A stretch of 64,000 nucleotides of DNA, taken from NCBI RefSeq assembly GCF_964355755.1, contig NC_092672.1, positions 25,674,437 to 25,738,436 of the forward strand. Direction: 5' to 3'. Positions 39,435-49,321 of the stretch are shown here, in pieces. The DNA comes from Antedon mediterranea (Eukaryota; Animalia; Echinodermata). The notes beneath the pieces are model-generated. The model saw only the letters and a list, made by a program, of their open reading frames with translations. It did not search any database and was not told the origin of the DNA. Both the position numbers and the translations under genes were made by a program. Positions within the stretch are counted from its first letter, which is position 1; each line of letters opens with the position of its first letter.

Positions 39435-40060
39435 AGACCCCTTCCCTGCAATTTCGGACGTTTTTTGGGAAATAATACATATATATCACTTTAAAAACAT
39501 TAAACCATGTCATTCCTTGTCTTAAATGTACGTTTTATGGTAAATTATGATAAAAAGTGAGAAACAATGCACTACCTAAGTAGCTCGCGGCGATCGACCT
39601 CTCGTGGACGGTCTTAGGCCTAGCCTGGCTAGGCTTAGTTTTGTAGGCCTAGCTGGTAAACATCGGTAACGTGCGAACATCGTACGCTAGCTATATACCT
39701 AGCCTGACGTTGTATAGTTGCTGCATTAATTGTCTTTCTATTTTTGCCAGACTCCGTTGATACAAATTGGGGAAAACCCGGTATTTTCGCTGAAAAGTTA
39801 GGAGTCTTCCATTTGTTTTGGCCTCACGATCGATCGAAAAGTGGGCGAATTACAGGTGAAAAACAAAAATATCAATCCGCGCGCAATGCATTTTGGGATT
39901 TATAGCGGGCCGCTATAATTATTAAAATCGACTTATTTTTCACATTTTTAACCGTTTAAAGACGAAAAAAGTTATCGCAATAGGACCATATAGTATTATT
40001 TTTACATTAAATATAGTTTGTGATCTTAAATTAGATCTAAAAAACGTAGGGAATGGGGCT
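39435..40060. mobile_element. Kolobok-like non-autonomous DNA transposon
   Basis: TTAA on both sides (39431-34 and 40061-64). Short imperfect TIRs starting with AG (AGACCCTTCCCT / AGCCCCATTCCCT). Partial copies at 30445-30929 and ~3003-3075. Confidence 0.75.
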
Positions 40061-40255
40061 TTAATTACTTCACCCAGAAAAAGAAATATTTATCAAAATG
40101 GCATTCAACAAACAAATTTAATTTTTTTTTCGGGGACAATATATACCATTGATGGTTTTACAAGTAATTAAATTATTTGATTAGTAAAGTTATGTTATTT
40201 CATTATAATTTTGATTAATATAATTATAATACTGTATTTAATCAAATCATACTTT

Positions 40256-42766
40256 GATCAGGATAGGAAGTCAATAGGAAGAGATAAGGGGTCAAAGTTC
40301 AAAATTGACCAATTATAACAATGTATTATATACATAGGTATTATAACCAATTTATTGAATTCAATTTGGTTTAATACATTTGTATGGTTATAGGTATCTA
40401 TTCAGTCGCCTTATAAAACAAATACTTTTCAATTAAAGGTCAAATGTCAATATTGACCAATCATACAAGTTGCATATAAACCCAAATAAAAACTAACATT
40501 TAAGACAAAATGTTATGTTTTATCACTCTGTTAAGACATCTATCAATCATACACAATCAAAAGAGCACATTTATCATTACACAAGTTGACATATGTCAAA
40601 GGTCAACATTTGAACAAGTGATATACTAAATAATGCAAAGTTATTCAAACTATGAGATCGATGTTCATAAATGTAATCACGTTATTTGATCAGTGAAGTT
40701 ATGGTATTTTTATATTTTTTCTAGTGCGCATTATTTTAAATGTATTAATATAATATACGGTAATACTGTAAAATAAATAATAAAATTATTAATATTATTA
40801 ATATTATGACGGTTAAAATGTTATGATGTTAAAATGTTACGCTGACCTTCAATGATTTGCCACTATACAGTTGCATTAATTAGGGCTACAATATTCGTTT
40901 TTGGAAAATAAACTACTATTCATCAGAACCAGAGAATACCAAATCGTACAGGATAGGGCATAGGCAGATCCAGGTGGCCAAACTCAATCCACAACTCACT
41001 ACACAGACAGACCACAATTTTTATATAGCCACAGATAGTTTGGCCCATACAGGAAAGATTTTCCTGTACACAAAAGATTCTAAAATAGCCCATATGGATT
41101 TGACCGAATGAACCCTCTATTAAGGACCATTTTGGGATCTCTATGTGGTGTGCTACATAAGGCCCTGTATTAGAAATGAATATGGGGTAAATAGTTCATA
41201 GATGAACTATGGAATAAAACTAAAATGTTCACCCTCAATCTTTAAATAACATTTATGGATTTGCCCAAATGAACCCAAGGGTCGATCCTTCATGGACCTT
41301 TCGGGGTTCTCTATGTGGCTCTACAAGAGACCCTATATTGGAAATACTGTATGTGGGGTGAAAATGTGGGTCCATAGAGATATAATAAATATCCCTGTGC
41401 ACCCTCGATCATCCATAAGGAACATTTTATGGATTTGCCCAAATTAACCAAAGGGCCGGTCGTTCTCCATGGATGGAAATATAAGGGGTGACACTGTGAG
41501 TTCATATAGACAGGTGCGGCCCATGGAATAAAGCTGCCTGTGCACTCTCGATCCTTAAGAAACACTTATGGATTTGCCAAAATTAACCCCCCAAAGGCCG
41601 GTCCTCCATGGATGGACATTAAGCCCCATAATGGAAATATAAGGGGTGACAATGTGGGTTTATATAGACAGGCACATGGAATAAAGCTGCCTGTGCACTC
41701 TCGATCCTTAAGGAACCGATTTGGATTTTGCCTAAAATGAAACAGCAGGTCATCTATTTAGACCCTTCTCTACTGTATGTTCAGTTCTACATTTGGTCCC
41801 TGTATCGAATCAATGCATTTGGCTACATAAGTTACTGTGTTAGAAATATATCGGGTAACTAAAACTGTAGGTTCCAATATTAAGCCATGGGAAAAGCCTG
41901 TCTGTGCACCCTCAATCCTTTTCAAAGGAACCCATATGGATTTTCCAAAATGAACCAAGGGTAACTTCTGAATTCTCTATGAACCGTACATTCCGTTTAT
42001 TGGAGATACATGGATACCTGATTGAACCTTATGTACAGGATTTCAAAGCAATAATCACACTATTAGATTGAATAAAAATATCTATTATAAACAATTTGCC
42101 GTTAGAAATCTCTATGCCATGTCGTTATTTAGATGAGAAAAAAACAGGTCAAAGGTTAAAATTACATAAAAATAGTGTTTCAGTCACTTTTTGAAAAAAA
42201 TGTTGCATTATGGCAAGTATAAACATATATATTGTGAACAATTTGATACCAAAATTGGCTCCTTACGACAAATATTTATTAATTTATGTTTTTATACCTT
42301 ATTCAATTATGTCAAAGGTTAATAACCACACTTCCGGTCATTTTCAAGCAATATCATCTGTTACACTGAATATAAATGTATATCTTGGGAACAATTTGCT
42401 CCTATTTTCAATTCTCTCCGACCTACCGTTACTTAGATATAGCAAAAAGAGGTCAAAGGTCAAAATTGCTAAAATGGGGGTTTCCGGTCAATTTTACAAA
42501 GAAAGTTCTGTTAGAGGTAATATAAACATATACATTGTGAACAATTTGACACCAAAATTATCTCACTAGGTCCAGAATTTCCAGAGATATAGTATGTTTT
42601 TATATTGGTCAATTTTGAACTTTGACCCCTTATATCTCGAAAACGCTTCCTATCCTGATCGATTACCTTCCATATTCGTAATCTACGGAAAATTCTGGTC
42701 TAGAAAAGTTGGATGGCAATTTGTCCCCTTTCGGGTGGTGATTTCCCCCCTCCTGCCACCAGACTA
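40256..42766. mobile_element. Non-autonomous DNA element with inverted subterminal repeats and internal degenerate tandem array
   Basis: 40256-40313 is inverted relative to 42604-42660. Internal ~140-215-bp degenerate units begin with TATGGATTT (41093, 41254, 41428, 41567, ~41720, 41935). Many AAAGGTCAA motifs. Right end ...GCCACCAGACTA. Confidence 0.6.
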
Positions 42767-43186
42767 TCTTTATAAAGATCTTTATCTTTATAAAGATATA
42801 CCACGCTGTACCACGCCAAGAGTGTTAAAAATTCGCTATTCAATCGAGTTTGAACAATACCATGAAAGCCCCAGTGGTCTATTGGTTAGGATATCTGGAC
42901 ATCTGCATATCAAGCAGAAGGTTCCGGGTTCGAATCTCGGTGGGGGTGATTTTTTCTCATTCTCACAGATTTCCTCATCTATATCGTTTCAAATTAATTA
43001 ATTAAATTTCAGTATATCACCAGGCGGTTAAAAATTCATGTTCTGTACCTGATGTGTTTATATACTTATATAAAAGTATCTCTTCGTATAACCCGCCTCG
43101 TGAATAAAAATACTGAAAAGGTGAGGGCGTATCAATTTGATCTCTGTTGCGCGTGCGTACAATTGAGGACTAGTGATGTTCCGCCG

Positions 43187-43564
43187 GCGTAATTTTTTTT
43201 TCCAGGACGAACGTGGGCAAAAATCATGAATAATTCATGATTAATTACGACATAATAGGGAACTTTATAGAGGGCGCTATATAAGAATGCAGAGAGATTA
43301 AATAATTAGTGTAAACAACGTTTGCCAACCGAAATGTTTGGTCTAGTGGTAAAGGCTTTAACCTATTACGCTGAAGCCCTCGGTTCGAGGTCTTTCATGA
43401 ACATGTTTTTTTTAATAGTTGAGAGAGATTATTTAGAGGGTTAGGTTTAGTATATTTAGGAAGTAGATCAGCTATCTTTCAATTCTTTATAATAGAAAAT
43501 AATTAAGGTAATGAATTATTCATGAATTCTGCCCACGTTCGTCCTGGAAAAAAAAAACACGCGT
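43187..43564. mobile_element. MITE with ~60-bp TIRs enclosing a tRNA-like segment
   Basis: TTTTTCCAGGACGAACGTGGGCA..TCATGAATAATTCAT (43195-43240) is inverted at 43510-43557. Internal TGGTCTAGTGG...GGTTCGAGG at 43338-43390. Confidence 0.7.
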
Positions 43565-43811
43565 TCCGCCGTACCACGCCGAGAATGTTAAAGAGTCGCT
43601 ATCCAATCGAGTTCGAACAATACCATGAACGCCCCAGTGGTCTAATATTTAGGACATCTGCATATCATGCAGCAGGTTCCCGGGTTCGAATCTCGATTAG
43701 ACGACTTTCTCTTATTCTCATTGGTGTGTATAAAAAAATTACCGGAGTTAATTAATAATTATTAGGTAAGGCATAAAAAAACCTGACCTTAATTATCAAG
43801 TTAATATTTAC

Positions 43812-44026
43812 CACATTTCTATAGCGTCCTTTTCATGAATAACCATGTTCAAAGGCTCTTTACATTATCAAGTTACTCGGTTCATTTTATACACCTGAGT
43901 GGAGAGAGGCAAATGTAAGTAAAGTGTCTTGCCTATGGATAGTACAAGCAATGCGGCAAGTGTTGGATTCGAACCACAATCTCACAATCAGTAATCCAAC
44001 GTCCTACACATTGCGCCACACGGCCT
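43812..44026 (-). mobile_element. tRNA-derived SINE, same family as 16455-16755 (internally deleted)
   Basis: Collinear similarity in head, body and tail. Confidence 0.8.
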
Positions 44027-44399
44027 CACAAGTTGGTCTTATACGTATGAAACAAAAATATAATGGTCATACCAAGGTAATCAAGCAACACAGAATAACA
44101 TGTTTGTTGAGAAAATAGAAGAAAAAATGATACATGTCTGCAAAAAATTATGCCCTGACAAATAGAACTTATTTTTATTCTAATTCTGGCAATACAAATT
44201 CTTCATAATTGGGCCAATTTGCTGGGATGATGAGCGCGCTCATCATCACAGCAAATTTCTTTTCTTTTTTTTTTTTTTTAAATGTGGTTCCCATACTAAC
44301 CGTAGCGCCCCTGGGCGGTGCGGCCAGTGATGAAAACTGTGTTGATTTCATTGGTCCAATTTCTTAATTTTTTTTTTTAATATATAGTCCAGTGGCACT

Positions 44400-46126
44400 T
44401 CACGCGTCCAACTCCTCTGCGAGGGTCAGCTGCTCGATGCACACGCGGTGCATGCGGGCGGCCGCCTCTCGCAGGGCGCTGCTGGAGGATGACAAGGCTG
44501 CTGCTGCCAGTCGTTGGTTCGCAGTATACGCCTCTCTCAGCAGTCGGCGGGCTTCCTCATCTAAAGCTTCCGCTGCCCGCTGCGGTGTTGTGGAGGACTG
44601 TTGAGGGAGCTTCGGAGATCCCATACTAGCCGTAGCGCCCCTGGGCGGTGCGGCCAGTGATGAAGATTCCGGTGCCGGTTCCATTGGTCCTGGAGCTCTC
44701 GACGATGGCGGAGGGCATGAGGGCAGGCCTCCGTACTTTTCGTTGAGTTCATGAAGTCGTTTCGGGTTAGCCCTCATGGCCTCTGCCAGCAGTGGGCACA
44801 GACAGAAAGGGTGCAGCATCACCAGGGCGGTGACCTGATTTCTGATGTCCCTTTCCATTGACGGCGCCTTCCAATTTACTGCCTGAGCTGTAAGCGTGAG
44901 TTGACGCAACCACTTGTTGCCCAGGCCGCAGGCTCCGGGCCTCAGGAAGTACTTTCTCAAAAAATCAAAAGCCTTCCTCAGAGTTGAGAGACCATCTGGA
45001 AGCAGGGGGATCAGTTCTTGAAGGTATCTCCAGGCTGTCCTCATCTTATGGTTGTCTTGATGGTGTACATACTTTGCCACAACCTCTGGAGCATGCACAT
45101 TGAGGTGGTCCATTGCCGAGCCTTGCAGACCGCAAGCTGGCACTGGGCACGCATACCCCGTTCCCTTCTTTGCTGCGGCAGTGGCAGGGTGCCGCGAGAA
45201 ATCTGATTGTTCTCCTGCTGACGGGTCCACAACCTCAGCCGGAACGACGTAAGGTTTACGCCTTGATGATTTTGACCGGGGCGAAGGTTTAGTCCGCTCT
45301 GCCGCCCTGGCAGCAGGCCGACCCCTAGCGTCCCTTGATGACTTTGACCGGGCCGAAGGTTTAGTCCGCTCTGCCGCCCTGGCAGCAGGCCGACCCCTAG
45401 CGTCTCCGGACGGGTTCTTCAGCCTGAAGTCCTGACAAATAAAAGTTGTTTTGCTTGCCTCGTCTCTTAGGAAACGCGTCATGAGCTCCCCCACCGTCTC
45501 TGCCCTAGGCGGAAACGGATGGATAGAACAAATGATGCGGTCCGGTCCGATTGTGGATACCACCTTCGATTGAAGCAGGACACCCTTCCTGGCTAGGCTT
45601 TGAATCTCACAGCGGGCATCCGACGAAAGGTCCGACCCACGAGGCCGCGGAACGCCAGCCACCTCTATATTGGCACGAAACATCTCTGCATCCTCTGGTG
45701 ATAAGGCCACCATACCATCGAACGCACCCCTGCCACTCACTCCCGAGATCCGCCGGATCCACAAGACTTGGCCCAGCGCGACTCGAGGCTGTGAAGGGGA
45801 CAGCATGGATGGTGATGGGGGCCGGAGAGGCGACATTGGATCTTCATGCTCCATCTCCTTTTCTGCTTGCTGGGGGAACGACTCTGCCCCTGGGGACAAG
45901 AGAAGCGCCGCCACAGCCGGTATGCCAGGGGGACCGAGTCCTGCACTTCCTTATGGGGTACGTGCCGGGGCTCGTCCTCGGTGGTACCTACCACTACCCC
46001 AGGGGGTAGTGGAGTGGTCGGTGATCCAGAGGGTCGGGCAGGGTTAGGTAAGAGAGGAAATTCCACATCTACCTGGTCTGCCCAATCCATAGCCAACACG
46101 GCTTCCGAGTAGCTTTTCTTCTCCAT
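44400..46126 (-). CDS. Accessory ORF downstream of pol (env position), ~575 aa if one frameshift is repaired; unknown function, C2H2-like motif
   Basis: 504-codon open frame 44400-45914. An upstream frame from ATG 46126 (MEKKSYSEAVLAMDWADQVD) joins it by adding one C in GTCCCCCTGG. Splice acceptor-like TTTTTCAG 10 nt upstream of that ATG. Motif CPVPAC-x9-HLNVH. Confidence 0.6.
45261..45404 (-). repeat. 72-bp in-frame tandem duplication in the accessory ORF
   Basis: Two copies encoding DARGRPAARAAERTKPS(A/P)RSKSSR. Confidence 0.9.
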
Positions 46127-46226
46127 AATATAAATCTGAAAAATATAATGAAAAAACACCTTTCCAATCCTGGCGAATATGAATTACAGTGTTAGTCAGC
46201 CCGGGGTGAGACGTTTGAATGCGGAT

Positions 46227-47879
46227 CTACTCGGCACACTTGGTACATTTAAATCGATCGATATCGATAGCTTCCGCTGGAGTAATGTTGACGCATGCTC
46301 CATGGTACCATTCACCGCACAGATCGCACTCGATCATAAAACGCCCCTCCCATGGCTTCCTACAAGTACAGTAAATGCCGTCATCTTCGGCATCCCCGTC
46401 GGGGTCGGAACTCGCCAGATCGAGGTTGGTGATCCAATTTGGCAAATCCCGATCCCGGCAGAGCTTCAGTTTATCGTGGTGGATTACAAATACTTTATTA
46501 CGGAGACGTACACGGAAGGCATACGGGGCCAGCACCTCAGTGACTACCCCCGAACCCTTCCATGGCGCATTCAATTTCTTGTTTTTCCCCTTTATTTTGG
46601 TCTGGTCGAACACATAGACTTTGTCCCCAACTGCGTATGTACGCTCTAGTAGCTTAAGGTCGTATTGATACTTATTGCGCTTTTGCATTGATTTTAGATG
46701 TGTTCTTGCAATATCGTGCGCTAACTTCATATTTTCTACTAGGCCAGTGGTGTATGAATATGGATCAGTAATTGTTGTGCCCCCTGAAGAGCCGAACATG
46801 AGGTCGGGTGGTGTCGATACCTCCCTGCCCAGCATCATCAGGTTTGGTGTAGATTGGGTACTTCGGCATACCGTGGCCCTAATTGCACTCGTTATCTGGG
46901 GCAGATATTTATCCCAGTCCTTTTGTTGTTTTCCCACAAAACACCGGACCGCATTCATCACAGTCAGGTTGTAACGTTCTACCTGACCGTTAGCTGAAGG
47001 ACGGTACGGCGTGGTGTGGGTCTTATTAATGAGGAGAATCTTGCAGAGCTCCCCGAAGAGATCGCTCTCAAAATTCGAACCCTGGTCCGAGTGCAATTGC
47101 AGCGGCATACCAAATCTGGAGAAGAATTCCTTTACCAGTACCTCGGCAGTCAATTGTGCAGTCTGCCGGGGTACCGGGTAGGCCTCTACCCATTTTGTAA
47201 ATTGATCCACTACCATCAATACATACAGATTCCCACTACTGGACTGAGCAAATGGTCCTGCAAAGTCTATGTGAACCCTTTCCATTGGGTCTCCCGAGTG
47301 GTAATTAATCTGTTCTGAGCGGCCTTTCTTATTCCCCCTCTTGTGGCTGTTACATATGGGACAGCCTATGACATATCTTTCGATATCCCCGGCCATCCCA
47401 AACCAGTAGTATCGTTGTTTAAGACGGAGCTTAGTCCGTTTGATACCTTGGTGGGCGGCCGATGGGAGATCATGATAAGCTTGCAATGTTGTTTTAAGCA
47501 ATGACTTCGGGAGAACAAGAAGGTCCTCCTCCCCCTGTTTATCTTGAATGAATAACACCCCGTCTCGCAAGCACATCCTTTCCTTACTCAACCAATAATG
47601 TTTTGTTGCCGGGCTAGTAGCGAAAAGCTCATTTGCCGAAGGCAGCGCGTCACCCTTAAACCAGAGTAACACGGGCCCCAGCTCCTGGTCTTTCCCCTGA
47701 GCCACTTGGATTTCCTGGGTAGAGAAACCCCAATGAGATTTCTCCGCCCTATCCGTGGTTAGTTGATGAACATGTTGGGAGAGCAGGAAGGGCTGCGAGA
47801 TGGGTTGATTTTGATGTGCGTGCACACCCGTCAGCGGAATGACGTCATCGACCTGGTCGATGAATGCCCCCCCCCCCAT
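46227..47879 (-). CDS. Gypsy pol: integrase (HHCC, DDE, GPY/F-like) with C-terminal PHD finger
   Basis: HDLPSAAH...CPIC; HIDF / HSDQG / NGQVER catalytic triad; APWKGS. C-terminus YCTCRKPWEGRFMIECDLCGEWYHGACV...FKCTKC is a C4HC3 PHD. Confidence 0.95.
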   Translation of the reverse strand: MGGGAFIDQVDDVIPLTGVHAHQNQPISQPFLLSQHVHQLTTDRAEKSHWGFSTQEIQVAQGKDQELGPVLLWFKGDALPSANELFATSPATKHYWLSKERMCLRDGVLFIQDKQGEEDLLVLPKSLLKTTLQAYHDLPSAAHQGIKRTKLRLKQRYYWFGMAGDIERYVIGCPICNSHKRGNKKGRSEQINYHSGDPMERVHIDFAGPFAQSSSGNLYVLMVVDQFTKWVEAYPVPRQTAQLTAEVLVKEFFSRFGMPLQLHSDQGSNFESDLFGELCKILLINKTHTTPYRPSANGQVERYNLTVMNAVRCFVGKQQKDWDKYLPQITSAIRATVCRSTQSTPNLMMLGREVSTPPDLMFGSSGGTTITDPYSYTTGLVENMKLAHDIARTHLKSMQKRNKYQYDLKLLERTYAVGDKVYVFDQTKIKGKNKKLNAPWKGSGVVTEVLAPYAFRVRLRNKVFVIHHDKLKLCRDRDLPNWITNLDLASSDPDGDAEDDGIYCTCRKPWEGRFMIECDLCGEWYHGACVNITPAEAIDIDRFKCTKCAE

Positions 47880-49321
47880 TGCTGGTGCGCACGTACACAG
47901 TTCTTACACCCCTTGAAAGGTAAATCAGATAATTTCACCCCATGTTTGTAATGATTAGCCATTTCAGGTGCCCGTGACAATGCATCGGCATTGACATGTT
48001 TTTTACCAGGGCGGTGTTCTACTATCATTACATACTGGCTAAGTTCTTCTATCCAGCGGGCCAGTTGCCCCTGGGGTTCCTTGAACCTCAGAAGCCAAGT
48101 CAGGCTACTGTGGTCGGTGCGAACCTTAAATGGTTTACCCAGCAAGTAGTGTCTAAATTGACGTGTGAATTTCACAATCGCCAACAGTTCTTTACGGGTG
48201 GTACAGTAGCGTTGCTGCTCTGATGTTAATGCTACACTAGCATAAGCAATCACACGCTCCTGACCCCCTTGTAATTGGGACAATTCACCTCCGATTGCCT
48301 GATCTGATGCATCGGTATCAAGGACGAACATGTCATCAGGATTCGGAAGTGACAAAACTGGTGGTTGTGTCAATTTAGATTTAATTGAGTGAAACGCATC
48401 TATTTGAGGTTTGTCCCATCGGAACTCTCCCTTCTTTGCAACTGCATAAAGAGGTCTTGTTAATTCGGCAAAGTGGGGAATGAATGCCCTATGGTAATTT
48501 GCTAGGCCAAGGAAGCGTTGAGCTTCCTTGTAGTTCTTAAGATCAGGCCACCCACACACTGCAGCGATATCGGTATCGGACATCTCGAGAGTGTTGCGGG
48601 AGACCATACGGCCTAGAAATTCCACTTTCCTCTGGAAAAATAGACATTTCTTTGGTTTCAGTTTCAGATTATATTGTCGGAACCGACCTAGGGCCTCCCT
48701 TAGGTTATTGCTGTGGTCTTCAAATGATTTGCCCAGGATAACCACGTCGTCGAGGAAAGCCAGAGCAGTCTGCCAATTTAGACCACGCAAAACCATATTG
48801 ATGACCCTAGAGAAGGTTGCCGGACTATTACACAGGCCAAAGGGCATTTTTACAAACTCGAACAGGCCATATTTGGTGACGAAAGCGGTCTTTTTGCGAT
48901 CGTCGGCATTGAGGTTTATTTGCCAATAACCAGAAATGGCGTCCAATTTAGAGAACCATTGATTACCCGACAATGTGTCAAGGCAATCCTCTAAAATTGG
49001 TAATGGATATACATCCTTTACCGTGATGTTATTTAAAGCCCTATAGTCTATGCAAAATCTGACGTTTCCATCCCTTTTCCGGACTAGGACTGGGGCGGAG
49101 GACCATTCAGAATTGGACGGCTGAATGATACCCCCCTCCAGCATTTTATCCAGTTCTTTGCGTTCTTCATCAGCAAAATGTAACGGGGTGCGGCGAAGTC
49201 GGTGCCTCACTGGAGCTGCATCAGACGTGTCTACACGGTGGTCAATATTAGGGACCTCCCCAATATCGAATTGATCCCTGGCAAACACATCTGCGAACTC
49301 AGTAAGCATCTCCTCCACCAC
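47831..49321 (-). CDS. Gypsy pol: reverse transcriptase and RNase H
   Basis: Motifs SEWSSAPVLVRK, RFCIDYRALN, LDAISGYWQI, KTAF, MPFGLCNSPATF, AFLDDV, DTDASD, ELLAIV, RTDHSSL, NADALSR. Separated from the integrase by a frameshift in a G11 run. Confidence 0.95.
   Translation of the reverse strand: MVEEMLTEFADVFARDQFDIGEVPNIDHRVDTSDAAPVRHRLRRTPLHFADEERKELDKMLEGGIIQPSNSEWSSAPVLVRKRDGNVRFCIDYRALNNITVKDVYPLPILEDCLDTLSGNQWFSKLDAISGYWQINLNADDRKKTAFVTKYGLFEFVKMPFGLCNSPATFSRVINMVLRGLNWQTALAFLDDVVILGKSFEDHSNNLREALGRFRQYNLKLKPKKCLFFQRKVEFLGRMVSRNTLEMSDTDIAAVCGWPDLKNYKEAQRFLGLANYHRAFIPHFAELTRPLYAVAKKGEFRWDKPQIDAFHSIKSKLTQPPVLSLPNPDDMFVLDTDASDQAIGGELSQLQGGQERVIAYASVALTSEQQRYCTTRKELLAIVKFTRQFRHYLLGKPFKVRTDHSSLTWLLRFKEPQGQLARWIEELSQYVMIVEHRPGKKHVNADALSRAPEMANHYKHGVKLSDLPFKGCKNCVRAHQQWGGGHSSTRSMTSFR

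Noticed and set aside
42868-43696. Genuine tRNA genes
   Set aside because: A/B boxes are present but the stems are broken or have insertions, and they are embedded in repeats.
44400-45914. Retroviral env gene
   Set aside because: No evident signal peptide, furin site plus fusion peptide, or C-terminal TM helix; composition is basic and disordered.
29439-49000. Antisense or alternate-frame ORFs over the ROCO exons, the LINE and Gypsy pol (e.g. 29439-29903, 31447-31893, 46179-46649, 48591-48929)
   Set aside because: Shadow ORFs of real coding sequence on the other strand, with no recognisable motifs.
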